Virus record (IMG/VR): IMGVR_UViG_3300037141_000279
Span: 1 to 64,000 of that record
DNA from: a virus
Strand: one strand, 5' to 3'
Length of the DNA: 64,000 nucleotides
The position numbers were made by a program, and so were the translations under genes. Positions 1 through 9,978 of the stretch are shown piece after piece; position 1 is the stretch's first letter, and each line of letters starts with the position of its first letter. The notes under the pieces are model-generated. The model did no database searches, was not told the origin of the DNA, and saw nothing but the letters and a program-made list of their open reading frames with translations.

Positions 1-384
1 GTGATTCTCGTACGGAATGCGGGACCCCAGGCCAAGCATGTCGCACTTCAGCCGCAACGCCTGGACCATTGACGGCGTGATTTTTTTGTTGTTGATGGCG
101 CGGTTCAGTTGCACCATGAATTCTTCAATGGGTTCGGTTTGGAAGTGCCGATTCAGCGCCGCGACGATGCGAATATTCTGCATCAGCGAATACGACATCA
201 CGCGCGCGACCTCGCGGGTCTTGCACACGTAGGCAATGCGCGTGGCTTCCACCGCGTCGTAGTTTCCGTCTGAAAGTCCAAACTCGCAGTACGTCGCCAC
301 GAACAGTTTTTGTTTTTGCGTCAGAACCTGATACTCAGGTGTTGCCTGCAGGTCTTCCAACGACATTCGTTTTCGTTCGCTCAT
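1..384 (-). CDS. Terminase small subunit-like HTH protein (runs off window edge)
   Basis: Not in the ORF track. ATG at 384 is open to position 1: MSERKRMSLEDLQATPEYQVLTQKQKLFVATYCEFGLSDGNYDAVEATRIAY...; the LTxKQxxFxxxY...AxxAxxxAY pattern is typical of TerS N-terminal HTH. Abuts the groES stop. Confidence 0.55.
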   Translation of the reverse strand, partial: MSERKRMSLEDLQATPEYQVLTQKQKLFVATYCEFGLSDGNYDAVEATRIAYVCKTREVARVMSYSLMQNIRIVAALNRHFQTEPIEEFMVQLNRAINNKKITPSMVQALRLKCDMLGLGSRIPYENH

Positions 385-666
385 TTAATTGCTCTTTCTT
401 AGGTATAACTCAATCTGCCCTTCGGAGAGAAGGCGGAATTCAATGCCTTCAAACGCCACCGTCTTGCCTGCGTACGGACCATAGCAAATCACGTTCTCGA
501 CCTGAGTGCGCTTCGCATCGGGTCCGACGAATACCACCGTACCGAACACCATCTCTTGCTGGCGGACGTTGTCGGGTTGAATGATCCCGTCGATGATGGT
601 GTCGACGTGCGGGTTGTCCACGACAAGGATGTTGCTGCCTGCTGGTTCCAGAAAATTCTTAGACAT
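385..666 (-). CDS. groES: Co-chaperonin GroES (Cpn10)
   Basis: 93 aa from MSKNFLEPAGSNILV; GII-PD mobile loop, GTVVFVGP, YGPYAG, EFRLLSEGQI match the Cpn10 pattern; lies beside groEL. Confidence 0.85.
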   Translation of the reverse strand: MSKNFLEPAGSNILVVDNPHVDTIIDGIIQPDNVRQQEMVFGTVVFVGPDAKRTQVENVICYGPYAGKTVAFEGIEFRLLSEGQIELYLRKSN

Positions 667-865
667 TGGCGTCAAGCCTCCGTGGGTAAACTTGTGCTGC
701 CAGAATCTCGCGGGCATTGATATCGTCGATCACATCCGTCGGAATCGGACGCCGCGTGATGATTTGAAGTTCTTCGCCATTCGGCAGAGACAGGCTCCAA
801 AAATATACGGTGCCTCCCGCCTGTACACCTGCGATTGGGTTATTTACTGTTCCTAGTCTATCCAT
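659..865 (-). CDS. Hypothetical protein between groEL and groES
   Basis: 68 aa, overlaps both neighbours (translational coupling). Confidence 0.55.
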   Translation of the reverse strand: MDRLGTVNNPIAGVQAGGTVYFWSLSLPNGEELQIITRRPIPTDVIDDINAREILAAQVYPRRLDANV

Positions 866-2447
866 TGGTGTTTCTCTCCTGTGGGATTTCAGATACAGTC
901 GCGCCCATCGTGAGGATGCTGCAAGCGACCGCTGAAGCGTTTTTCAAAGCCTCAACAACAACCTTGACTGGATCGATGATGCCCGATGCAATCAGGTCTT
1001 CAAAATCTCCCGTCAGCGCGTTGTATCCGAGGTTCGGTGTCGCCATCAACTGAGTCACCAAATTATCGGCGTCAATCCCTGCGTTCTCTGCGATCTGACG
1101 TACGACCGCTTCGCACGCGGTGTGTACAACCATCATCCCATCAAATTCACCATGCAGCAGAGAGTGCTTCATCCCTGCGCGGGCATTAAATAGTGCGGTG
1201 CCGCCGCCCGCGACGATCCCTGATTCAACCGCAGCCTTTGCTGCCGACATCGCGTCGACCACGCGGTCTTTCTTCTCTTCCATCTCGGTGACAGTCACGC
1301 CGCCGACTTTGATGATGGTGACGCCGCCGAGCAGAGCCGCCAGCCGTTTCTGCAGAGGTGCACGCTCAGCGGGAGATACAGTCTCCATGCACTGTTTGAT
1401 ATGTTCAATCCGTCCGACCAGTTCAGCCTGATTGCCTTTGCCTTCGAGGATTTGGGTCTTGGCCATATTCGTGATGACCTTGCGGGCGCGTCCGAGATCG
1501 GTCAGTTTCACGTTCTCAATTTTCATGCCCAAATCTTCCGTGTACGCTTTGCCGCCAGTCAATGCCGCGATGTCCCGCATCACTTCTTTCTTGCGCTCGC
1601 CGTACGCTTCCATGCGCACCGCAATCAGCGGCAGCTTGAGGCTCATTTTGTTTTTGATGATGCAGGATAAGGCTTCAGCTTCGTACCCTCCCGCGATGAT
1701 AATCAGCGGAGTGCCTGTCTCATTCACTTGCTTCAACAACGGGACGACGGACTTTGCCGTGGCGATCACACCCTCCCACAACAGAATGCTGCAATCAAGC
1801 AATTCTGCCCGCATATCTTCAGGGTGTGTGATGAACGCTGGTGAGATCAAATTCGATTTGTCCAGTTCGAGCCCTGGAACAGAATGGACGTATGTATCTG
1901 CGGTCACCGACGGCTCGGCAGTTACGACACCTTCCTTGCCTGCCTTCTTGATTGCATCAGCGACGAGGCGACCAATTTCAATGTCACCATGTGCTGAGAC
2001 GGTTGCGACTTGGAAAATCTTCTCTTCGGTGACTTCTACCGCCATGGCCTGCAAACGCGTGATGATGGCTTCGGTGGCTTTGTGGATGCCGCGTTCCATC
2101 GCCATCGGGTTCGCACCCCTCTTGATCCTGGCAAACCCCTCGTGGATCATTTTGCGGGCAAGAACAGCAGTGCAGGTCGTGCCGTCGCCAACGCTGTTGT
2201 CGGTTTTCTGACATGCCTCGCGAATCAGATCGGCTCCGAGTTGTTCGGTGGTGTCGGACGGATTGACATAATTCGCCACAGTTACGCCGTCCCTGGTTAC
2301 TTTTGGCGTCTGCCCCATAGCACGCTGCCCCAGAATCACATTGCGTCCTCGGGGACCCTCAGTTAATGCGACGGCGTCGACTAGGAAGTCAATGCCGCGC
2401 AGAAGGGCTTCACGCGCTTCGTTTCCATACTGGGTTCGTTTGCTCAT
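858..2447 (-). CDS. groEL: Chaperonin GroEL (Cpn60)
   Basis: 529 aa with GPRGRNV, VTRDGVTVA, GDGTT, IKVGG, EKKDRVVDA, GIVAGGG, GIIDPVKV; no C-terminal GGM tail. Confidence 0.97.
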   Translation of the reverse strand: MSKRTQYGNEAREALLRGIDFLVDAVALTEGPRGRNVILGQRAMGQTPKVTRDGVTVANYVNPSDTTEQLGADLIREACQKTDNSVGDGTTCTAVLARKMIHEGFARIKRGANPMAMERGIHKATEAIITRLQAMAVEVTEEKIFQVATVSAHGDIEIGRLVADAIKKAGKEGVVTAEPSVTADTYVHSVPGLELDKSNLISPAFITHPEDMRAELLDCSILLWEGVIATAKSVVPLLKQVNETGTPLIIIAGGYEAEALSCIIKNKMSLKLPLIAVRMEAYGERKKEVMRDIAALTGGKAYTEDLGMKIENVKLTDLGRARKVITNMAKTQILEGKGNQAELVGRIEHIKQCMETVSPAERAPLQKRLAALLGGVTIIKVGGVTVTEMEEKKDRVVDAMSAAKAAVESGIVAGGGTALFNARAGMKHSLLHGEFDGMMVVHTACEAVVRQIAENAGIDADNLVTQLMATPNLGYNALTGDFEDLIASGIIDPVKVVVEALKNASAVACSILTMGATVSEIPQERNTNG

Positions 2448-2620
2448 TTCTTTTCGCTCCGTGGCTCCGTATCAGGGATCAAATAGGATTCAAAATGTTG
2501 CGTTCTGTGTTTGCGCCCACAGGCATCGCAGGTGTGAACCAGTGCGGTATTTGCGTGCTCAAAAACATACAGGTCATACACATGGTACTTCCCGCACTCA
2601 CAAACGAAACCCTTGCTCAT
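2444..2620 (-). CDS. Small zinc-ribbon protein (58 aa)
   Basis: MSKGFVCECGKYH...TCDACGRKH...; GGAGG SD upstream; stop overlaps the groEL ATG (ATGA). Confidence 0.6.
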   Translation of the reverse strand: MSKGFVCECGKYHVYDLYVFEHANTALVHTCDACGRKHRTQHFESYLIPDTEPRSEKK

Positions 2621-2632
2621 AGAGCCTCCGTG

Positions 2633-2932
2633 TTAGTTGACCTGCGGAGTGCGCAGCGATGCCAAATCAATGTTGTCCGCAGGCTCTTCTGGCGGCGGGA
2701 GCGGCGGGAGCAACAACTTCAACGCGGCGGCAGGCACGCACGTCACCGAGCAGGCGTCAATAGATAGCTGCTGCAACGCTCCGTCAATGACTGCCTTGCG
2801 CCTGATGGTGAACCACTCCTGCATCTCTGCGAGGGTGACAGCATTCTGATCGGCTCCGACCAGTTCCCATTCGTGCTTCTTTCCGCACGCGTCGCAGACC
2901 TGTTGCATTTTCTGACTGATGACTTCTTTCAT
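2633..2932 (-). CDS. Zinc-binding hypothetical protein
   Basis: From MKEVISQK; CDACGKKH and CSVTC motifs. Confidence 0.6.
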   Translation of the reverse strand: MKEVISQKMQQVCDACGKKHEWELVGADQNAVTLAEMQEWFTIRRKAVIDGALQQLSIDACSVTCVPAAALKLLLPPLPPPEEPADNIDLASLRTPQVN

Positions 2933-3240
2933 TTGAACATCTCCTGAAGCCCGTGAAGGGCGATTAGAAATCCGTTCTTGATCCGAAACCATCTGCCGAC
3001 TGGCGCAGGCGCATGCACGGGTGGTTTCAGTGGCAAATACGTCTCGCTCAATTCCTCTGTCCGCATAACTTCCCGACCCATGTCATTCACGTATACCACA
3101 ATTTGATGATACGCGCGGCATAGCGGGGTGTCGCGGTCTTGAATGAACACCGCCATCAAAAACGCACCCTGTGACATCACACCAGCAAAGCGATATCCTT
3201 CTGGTTGCTTCCACGATTGGTTCATGTCTTTCAACGTCAT
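2929..3240 (-). CDS. Hypothetical protein
   Basis: 103 aa, ATGA overlap with the next gene. Confidence 0.55.
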   Translation of the reverse strand: MTLKDMNQSWKQPEGYRFAGVMSQGAFLMAVFIQDRDTPLCRAYHQIVVYVNDMGREVMRTEELSETYLPLKPPVHAPAPVGRWFRIKNGFLIALHGLQEMFK

Positions 3241-3330
3241 CGCTTCACCTTACACGGCGGACCCGACTTATTTGCCAGATCAGCCAAAAGCAACAGAGCC
3301 ATTGTGTCGTCCACGCCCACCACGGATAAA

Positions 3331-4128
3331 TTAAATCGGGTCCTCGTCGTCGTCCTGGGGGCGTTGCGCTTTTGGGATTTCAGGGTGTTCAATCAGCTTG
3401 CCAAAATCCGCGCCCTTCAAATCCTTCTCGACGGTAGAGATGGGTTCAACCCACGCTGGCAGTATAACACCTTCGTTCCCTGCAATCAAGAGCCCAACAA
3501 TCTTTTTTGTCTTCAAGTCTACAACGCTGGAGCCTGATGCACCATGGGTTGCAAACTCTTGGACTCCGAAGAATCCAAGCATGTCTCCTGTCACCACGAC
3601 CGTAGTATTGACAATTCCTGGGCTGACGTACTTGGCTTGCCCTTCGGAGAAGTTGACATTCAGTGTCTTGCTGCCAATCTTCAAACTACCTTCGTCGCCG
3701 AGCGAGATCGTCGGGATGGGTTCTGTGGTCTTCAAATAGAAGACAGCGTAGTCAAGCAGCTGCAAATGCTTTTTGGCGTTCTCTTCTATGAAGATATCCA
3801 CGAAGCCGACCTTGATCAGTTCGATGGGGCGCGGCCCGTAGTCGATGTCGGACGCAATGAAAAACTTTAGGTCGTCAGGAAGCTGGGGATTCGCAGTCGT
3901 GCAGTGTCCTGCGCCGAGGAACAAATACCCTTCCTGAAACTTCTGGAACGCCGTAACCGTACACAAAAATTTGGGTGTGGGTCTCTCCCGATGCTCGCTT
4001 GTAGCATAGAGCGCATACGTCGCGGAGTAGACCTTTTTTTCAAATCCCTTGGGCGTGCGGATTGAGCCCGCCAGAGCGGGAAAAACAAACAGCAAACAGA
4101 GTAGAGCAGCGGTCAGCAGACGTTTCAT
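3331..4128 (-). CDS. Secreted trypsin-like (S1) serine protease
   Basis: Signal peptide (MKRLLTAALLCLLFVFPALA); catalytic triad motifs GAGHC, DYAV, GASGS. Confidence 0.8.
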   Translation of the reverse strand: MKRLLTAALLCLLFVFPALAGSIRTPKGFEKKVYSATYALYATSEHRERPTPKFLCTVTAFQKFQEGYLFLGAGHCTTANPQLPDDLKFFIASDIDYGPRPIELIKVGFVDIFIEENAKKHLQLLDYAVFYLKTTEPIPTISLGDEGSLKIGSKTLNVNFSEGQAKYVSPGIVNTTVVVTGDMLGFFGVQEFATHGASGSSVVDLKTKKIVGLLIAGNEGVILPAWVEPISTVEKDLKGADFGKLIEHPEIPKAQRPQDDDEDPI

Positions 4129-4403
4129 GACTTCTCCTCGGGCGGGTTTTTCCCGTCGCGAACCTGTCGCTGCTCGGCGACATCATCCTTCCATGAGTGT
4201 ACCACAAGCAGTCCCTGCACCGCAACCACAAATGCAGTGAACGACGTGAGGTCTTTTCCGTGCAACCATCCAGCCACTCCGACAACTGAAAAACAGATCG
4301 CGGCAAACGTACACCGCCCTTGAAAGATTCCGAAGAACGCACTGGCAGCCGCGCCTGTTGTCGCGCTCGTCAGTGCCGTTTTGAATTTAGTGCCCAGAGA
4401 CAT
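4125..4403 (-). CDS. Small membrane protein (holin-like)
   Basis: 92 aa, two to three hydrophobic segments and a charged C-terminus. Confidence 0.5.
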   Translation of the reverse strand: MSLGTKFKTALTSATTGAAASAFFGIFQGRCTFAAICFSVVGVAGWLHGKDLTSFTAFVVAVQGLLVVHSWKDDVAEQRQVRDGKNPPEEKS

Positions 4404-4671
4404 CTGCCGCTCCCGTTTTGATTTCTACTACGTTGTCTTGCCCGCGAACACAAATTCCAAAGTACGTGCGCTCCCATGGGCCTTCCCCATCTTTCGGCAG
4501 CGTGAACAGTTCGCGAATTGGTGTCTGATCGATCCTGATATCATGACAGTGCCAAAGAACGCGTTCACTGTCTCTGTTTGCGCATTGTTCCACTTCCCAC
4601 AACCGAGCCTCAATCACCTTCCCCGTAATCGGATTATATGCGCGCGGATTTAACCGAACAAGGTACTTCAC
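4387..4671 (-). CDS. Hypothetical protein
   Basis: 94 aa, coupled to both neighbours. Confidence 0.55.
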   Translation of the reverse strand: MKYLVRLNPRAYNPITGKVIEARLWEVEQCANRDSERVLWHCHDIRIDQTPIRELFTLPKDGEGPWERTYFGICVRGQDNVVEIKTGAADVSGH

Positions 4672-5099
4672 TTATGCCACCCTAAATAAATCGCCAGCCC
4701 CTCCGCACACTCCTGACTGTCTTTTAGTAATCCTATCGCTAAATTGCAGCCATGGCACAATTCGCCTCGAATTTCGTCTGTTTCATGGTCGTGGTCGGTA
4801 TGCCATCCTTGGGGTCCTGGGTCAGAGGTTCGGCAGCCAGGATTCGCACATCGGCGGCCTTGCTGTTCAATGCGTTTTAGTTTCTCTTCGTATGGTTCTC
4901 CATATTCATATTTATGATGGGCTTTTTGACTGATTGACTTAACCTTTTCAGGATTCTTCTTGCGCCAATCTTGCTCATATTCTTTTCGCATGTCCTTATA
5001 CGCCCGAGTTTGCGTATGTTGCGATATGACTTTTTTCCCGTGCGCGGACTCACGATACCGCTTCTGAGCCTCCAATTGTGTTGCTTTATCTTTATACAC
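4668..5099 (-). CDS. Endonuclease VII-like HNH nuclease
   Basis: CANPGC...HTDHDH...RGELCHGCNLAIG. Confidence 0.85.
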   Translation of the reverse strand: MYKDKATQLEAQKRYRESAHGKKVISQHTQTRAYKDMRKEYEQDWRKKNPEKVKSISQKAHHKYEYGEPYEEKLKRIEQQGRRCANPGCRTSDPGPQGWHTDHDHETDEIRGELCHGCNLAIGLLKDSQECAEGLAIYLGWHK

Positions 5100-5102
5100 G
5101 CG

Positions 5103-7898
5103 TCAATTCTCCGTTGGGTTCTGGGCTTTCGCCACAGCCTGATTGTGAATCAAGTTCTTCATGATCGCTTCGTTCATGCGCTTCTGCGCCCAGGGGATCA
5201 CGACTTCAAGCAGCACCTGCTCGGATGTCGCGTACGCAGGATCACTCGCTTCGGGCTCCATCAGCCAACCCTCAACACGAATATCCTTCCTAGTCAAAAT
5301 AACTGTGCCGTACTCTATGATCTTCACTGTCCGCCGCTCCTTACCTGCCGAATGCGCTTCTCCAAAGCTAGGATGCTGTCAGCCCAGACCGATGTCCAAC
5401 CGAAGTACCCATCCAAGTGGGCTTTGAAAGACCCCGCGTGTTCAGCGACGCGATAGATGCGAGTGCCTACTGACAAAAACAAAATGGGTTTTCGCATTTC
5501 TCCTCTTTTAGTTCGTCCAGCCACTTCTCAAGCGTCTCGACCAGAATTTCTCGCTCGTTGTAAACGTAGCTTGGAACAAACTCCACGTCTTCCTTCAACA
5601 CGACGAGGTCAATGTCGCGCCGCCTGCTGACGAAGAGTGGACCGTGCCACATGGTTACTTCTCCAACCCTGGCATGGCGTTCGGCGAAAAGATCACTTGT
5701 CCGACGGGAATCGCATCGACGAATACCCACTTAGTCGGCGACCCGCCAATCTTCGTAAGATGTGATCCCTTGAATGGCAGGGATGCAGCGCGAACCGTTT
5801 CTGGATTGATATATGCGTAGGGTGATGTGCTGGCTACGATGCGTTCATACTCTGCAGGAAAATCCAGCATCGGCGCTTGGCTGATGATGAATTCCAGTTG
5901 AACCCGCTTCTGAAGCCCTGTCATCCAGGTATCCAGCAGGATGTCGTAGCGAACGCCTATCGCATCCAGTTCATCCTGATTGTCCCACCAACGACGAATC
6001 GCAGTCCAGATGCTCATCCGAATGCTCCAGAGAACTTCGTCAGAAATCCTCGTATACTATGGAACGGAAAGTCATGTTCTGTAACCAAATTTCAGTACAG
6101 GGTCACGAGGGTTTTAACAATTTTTTTTTCGAATTTCGCCTCGATGCCAATCGCACTTCCCGAAGGAGGACTGCGAGCAATCAACACACCGCGCAGCTCT
6201 CCGCTTGACCTCTTCAGCCGCCATGCCGTGCTGATACCAACTTTCGGCCCAGCACTTTTGCTTCACGACATGACCTGCATCTTTCGAGACGGGGTTCATC
6301 GACCAATCTTGCACCGTCTCGCGTTCGTCTCGGGCAATATGGTGAGCCCAGTGCTTGCGCACGAACTTCCAGCCGACGCCGATGATCAAGCCGTCGAACA
6401 GCAGCATCAGGAAGATTTCAAACTCCCAGTGCGCGGCGTTGGCAAGCAGATCGCCGAATGTTTCCGTCACGATTGCACCTCGGGCGTTTCATATGCGTGC
6501 CAGCGAATTGCAGGGGAGAGAAAATGTTTGTCGCCGTCGCTGTCGAGGAACACCAGCGCACCACAATCCTCAACGGTGACGCCTTGAACATGAAGGTACA
6601 CCGTCTCATGGACATCTTCAATATACACCGTGATGTTCTTCTTGACCTTGGTTTTGCTCATCGGACTCCGTCTCTGCCGCAGCAGGCGCAACGATACGAT
6701 TCCATGGTGATCTCGTCACCATAGTATTCCATGTCAACGAAATGTGGGAAGTGCCCGCCAATCAGCCAGCAGACCAGTTCGATCAGCCAGCCGCCTCGGA
6801 CGGGCGTCCACACAATGTTATCGCGGATGTCGTTCCCGTTCATTCAGGCATCACCCGCACGGCAATGATATCGGCAGAGCGTTCGTTCATGACCGCAAGC
6901 TGGTACGCGATCTCTTTAGCTTTCAAGGATGGACTCCCTTCGGGGTGCTCGGACTGGCGCGGGGATTACGGGCGCGTGACCGTACAGCTTCTCGAACGCA
7001 TCTCGGTATCCGTCGGCTTGGACTTCCTGAACGACCTGGACGGGTCCGCGGCTGCCCGAGTCACGAACGCTGAAGTCTGCGTCGACCTTATGCCACTTCG
7101 CATTTTCTTCGTTGTAGATGACATGCTCTTTCATCTTGCCTCCTGGGGTTTTCGAATTTCTTCTACTGGTCAATCGTACACGAGTTTTTTCACCTTGTCA
7201 AGCCTATCTGGATAACGTCCAAAACCTTCGTCCAGCAGTGCAGGGTAGTTCACACGCTGCAGAGCCCAGGTCAACGCCTTCTTGTACTCGGCGATGACCG
7301 CGTCCAACGTCTCAATGACATCACGCTCTTGGACGTTCTTGCTGTGCTGGCGGATGTCCGCCATTTTTGCAGAGGTGAGAATCATAGCGCCCTCCAAAGT
7401 CTTCGCAGAACCCAGAATAGAAAACACAAGTCCGCAACCAGCAGAACAAAAAGGAAAGGCAGCAAGGATATCAACCAGTCGGTCATCGCGGCACCTCGGG
7501 GAGAGCCCCATGGCGGAGCAGTGGGTTCTGGAAGAGGGCGCGAATCACGCTGCCGTGCTGCGCAACCGAACCGATATCATTCCAACTGTTCAAGACCCAG
7601 CCCGTGATTATAAGGCCATTCAGGAATATCTCAAACTGTCGGTAGCTGGTGAACGTCCGAAATGCGTATGTCATTCTGGTCTCCGATAGTACCGCGCGTT
7701 GACCGCTCGGCGTATCATCTGAGCCTGAGCTCGCTGTTCGTCGGTGAGCACATGATGGCCGTTCGCCCAGCCGCGGCCACTCATCGTTACGACAGATTCA
7801 ACGTGGTCTTCCAGACCTCTGCCCAAAGGACTCAGCCACCTGGGTCCGATCTCCAGACCGCTGTTGTCCTTGTGCTCCCAAACGAACCACTCTCTCAT
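5103..7898 (-). other. Run of ~11 short, translationally coupled hypothetical phage genes (5103-5327, 5324-5497, 5467-5652, 5655-6017, 6114-6470, 6467-6661, 6658-6843, 6916-7134, 7170-7385, 7483-7674, 7671-7898)
   Basis: Consecutive minus-strand ORFs with overlapping start/stop codons and SD-like motifs; no recognisable family. Confidence 0.55.
6055..6073 (-). promoter_or_regulatory. Putative late promoter GACT-N8-CATAGTA
   Basis: GACTTTCCGTTCCATAGTA, intergenic upstream of the ORF starting at 6017; one of 11 copies. Confidence 0.6.
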
Positions 7899-8046
7899 GA
7901 CTGCACCCCTTTGACCAGTCGGCGAAGTTGCTCGACGGTCTTGATCCGCATCGGATGTGCCCCAGGAAGGTTCCCTGGGGTTTTGACTGCACACCATGGA
8001 CTCTACAGGACCCCTCCGAATTTGTCAAGGGAAATCGTAACAAAGT

Positions 8047-8457
8047 TTAACGAATCATCCCAGGCAGCGTGTACTGCACAATGCGGTGGTGAGCAAGCCG
8101 CCCTTTGCATTTGTTCGGATAGTGGCTGAGATAGATAATCGCAGATTGGAGTTCGTCAGGAGAGTCTTGGAACAGCCCCAAAGCTGTGTTGTGGTTGCTG
8201 CAAATGATGCCTCGGTCGAGCCCAGTCTTATGGCTGTGGTCGAGGCAAGGAGTATTGCCGCTATGCTTCGCCCCGATAGGGTCCATCTGATGTCCGCCGA
8301 TCAAACAGCGACCATGCTGAGCGTCATACCGCGCCTGAAATTCGGCAGGTGTCATCCCTCGACGTGGGCGGCGCAACTTCCTTTGGATTTCTCGTTCGGC
8401 CTCAGCCTTACGAAATTTTCTCAGATGTCCTATGATACTGATGGGCTGGCGACTCAT
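8047..8457 (-). CDS. Endonuclease VII-like HNH nuclease
   Basis: QHGRCLIG...CLDHSH...RGIICSNHNTALGLFQDS. Confidence 0.8.
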   Translation of the reverse strand: MSRQPISIIGHLRKFRKAEAEREIQRKLRRPRRGMTPAEFQARYDAQHGRCLIGGHQMDPIGAKHSGNTPCLDHSHKTGLDRGIICSNHNTALGLFQDSPDELQSAIIYLSHYPNKCKGRLAHHRIVQYTLPGMIR

Positions 8458-8608
8458 GGTGGATTTCTATCCCCCTGAAAACATAATACGATAGTTCGCG
8501 GGGATAGTCAAGCAAAAATTTTTTTTGGTGTAACAAACTTTCATTAAAGGTGTCAAGGCAGTGTAGCCAAGCCCAGCAGCAAGCCAGGACCTCTGGGGTT
8601 TTTCGCCC

Positions 8609-8624
8609 CGCAAGTGGAATGCCA
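8609..8624 (-). promoter_or_regulatory. Sigma54-like -24/-12 motif (leftward)
   Basis: TGGCAT-TCCAC-TTGCG vs consensus TGGCAC-N5-TTGC. Confidence 0.45.
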
Positions 8625-8762
8625 AAGGGACCCCTGCATTTTACTGGCCACACTTTGGCCATGTTCGTGCGTGCGCACATCGCTGTGGAAATGAATGCTA
8701 ACTTCTTTGTTATCAATTGAATGATGGGGTGTGTAGTGTGTCGCGAATGAGTGCGTGGCCTG

Positions 8763-8800
8763 CGCCGCTGCATCGCCGCTGCATCGCCGCTGCATCGCTG
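8763..8800. repeat. 11-bp tandem repeat (CGCCGCTGCAT) x3
   Basis: cgccgctgcat cgccgctgcat cgccgctgcat cgctg seen directly. Confidence 0.8.
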
Positions 8801-8937
8801 ATGATAACGCAGCACTTAGCACGCACACCTCGACTATGACAAAATCATGATTCCGCATAATCATCTACATAACAAAGGACTTATGATGCGCGCTGCGTAT
8901 GACCGTCGCACCCACCTGAGACCTGTTCACATCGCGA

Positions 8938-9076
8938 GTGATAAATTATGTCACAGTGACAAATTGTGTCACACCAGTGACAAATAATGTCACATGCTAA
9001 GTCGTTTGATATCATCACGAGTGACAAATTATGTCAATAGTGACAAATTACGTCACCAAGTGACATAAAATGGCGC
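8938..9076. repeat. Array of six 17-bp palindromic boxes GTGACA-N5-TGTCAC
   Basis: Copies at 8938, 8956, 8977, 9021, 9040 and 9060 (last one degenerate), arranged as two triplets around TAAGTCGTTTGATA. Confidence 0.85.
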
Positions 9077-9087
9077 AATTAAATGTT

Positions 9088-9103
9088 TGGCATCAAAATT
9101 GCG
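9088..9103 (+). promoter_or_regulatory. Sigma54-like -24/-12 motif (rightward)
   Basis: TGGCAT-CAAAA-TTGCG, immediately after the palindrome array. Confidence 0.45.
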
Positions 9104-9435
9104 GAACACCACACGCACCACGACAGTGTAATAACTACACGCTGTTCCTGGCTCCGCACAGGCGTGTGAGAATAAAACCACGACAACACTATACCGCACC
9201 ACACGGAATTCGCAGAAAGCGGGAACATCCGCACGTACGATACAGCGCCATGACGCTAGGAAGCCCACCACCGCATTATCTCGCCCTCCCTTACTCCAAG
9301 CATGTCTCTGCTCACTTAGTCTCTCTTGAAGCGTTCTACCTGTCTCTACGTGTGTTGTCTACCTGCGGTCAGGATAATCCCTTGAAGATCAATGCTTGAA
9401 GCGGGTCGGTAGCGTACGTGCACCACGCAATCAAA

Positions 9436-9939
9436 CTAACGCTGCCCCGCCTCTGCGCGGTAACGAAGCAACGGACGGTCAGCCATGTATACTCGCTCTG
9501 CGTCGGTCTGTCGGTCAGGGTATAATTCAAGGAAGCGCACCACAACGTGATTGCATGTCTGACAGACCAAACCTCGCACACATTCAGCACAGCCGCCCAT
9601 CAATCCAGTCTGCTTATGGTTATGTGAATTTGAGCATCTGTGACTGTGCTCAATCACAGGCGACTCTTTAAGGTTGGACGCGCGACTTTGAAATGGTGCA
9701 TGACAGAGTTTGCAGCACTCCACCTGCTCTTGCAGCATGCGGTTGTACTCTGCGGGCTCTACTCCATATTGCCACCGCCGTCTACTCTCTGCCCTGTAGA
9801 CGAGCAGCTTCGGTTTAGTTGAATCCGCAACCCTGCGATGATACCAATTGCGATGATATGCACGTAGCTCTTCTGGCGTATACGCCGCAATGTTTTGACT
9901 GTACGTACCGTTCGGTTTGCGTGGATGCAAAACACTCAT
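9436..9939 (-). CDS. Endonuclease VII-like HNH nuclease
   Basis: YGV...YNRMLQEQ..CCKLC...IEHSH...CVRGLVCQTCN. Confidence 0.8.
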   Translation of the reverse strand: MSVLHPRKPNGTYSQNIAAYTPEELRAYHRNWYHRRVADSTKPKLLVYRAESRRRWQYGVEPAEYNRMLQEQVECCKLCHAPFQSRASNLKESPVIEHSHRCSNSHNHKQTGLMGGCAECVRGLVCQTCNHVVVRFLELYPDRQTDAERVYMADRPLLRYRAEAGQR

Positions 9940-9959
9940 AAATACCTTTGTGCTCCTAC

Positions 9960-9978
9960 ACTTATGGTATGAAAAGTC
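9960..9978 (-). promoter_or_regulatory. Putative late promoter GACT-N8-CATAAGT
   Basis: GACTTTTCATACCATAAGT followed by GGAG SD. Confidence 0.65.

Noticed and set aside
986-2366. Long plus-strand ORFs opposite groEL (and similar shadows opposite the tail, RNR and primase genes)
   Set aside because: Antisense shadow frames of well-supported minus-strand genes.
8938-9076. GTGACA repeat array as a CRISPR array
   Set aside because: Repeats are 17 bp with mostly 1-4 bp gaps; there are no unique 30-40 bp spacers and no cas1/cas2.
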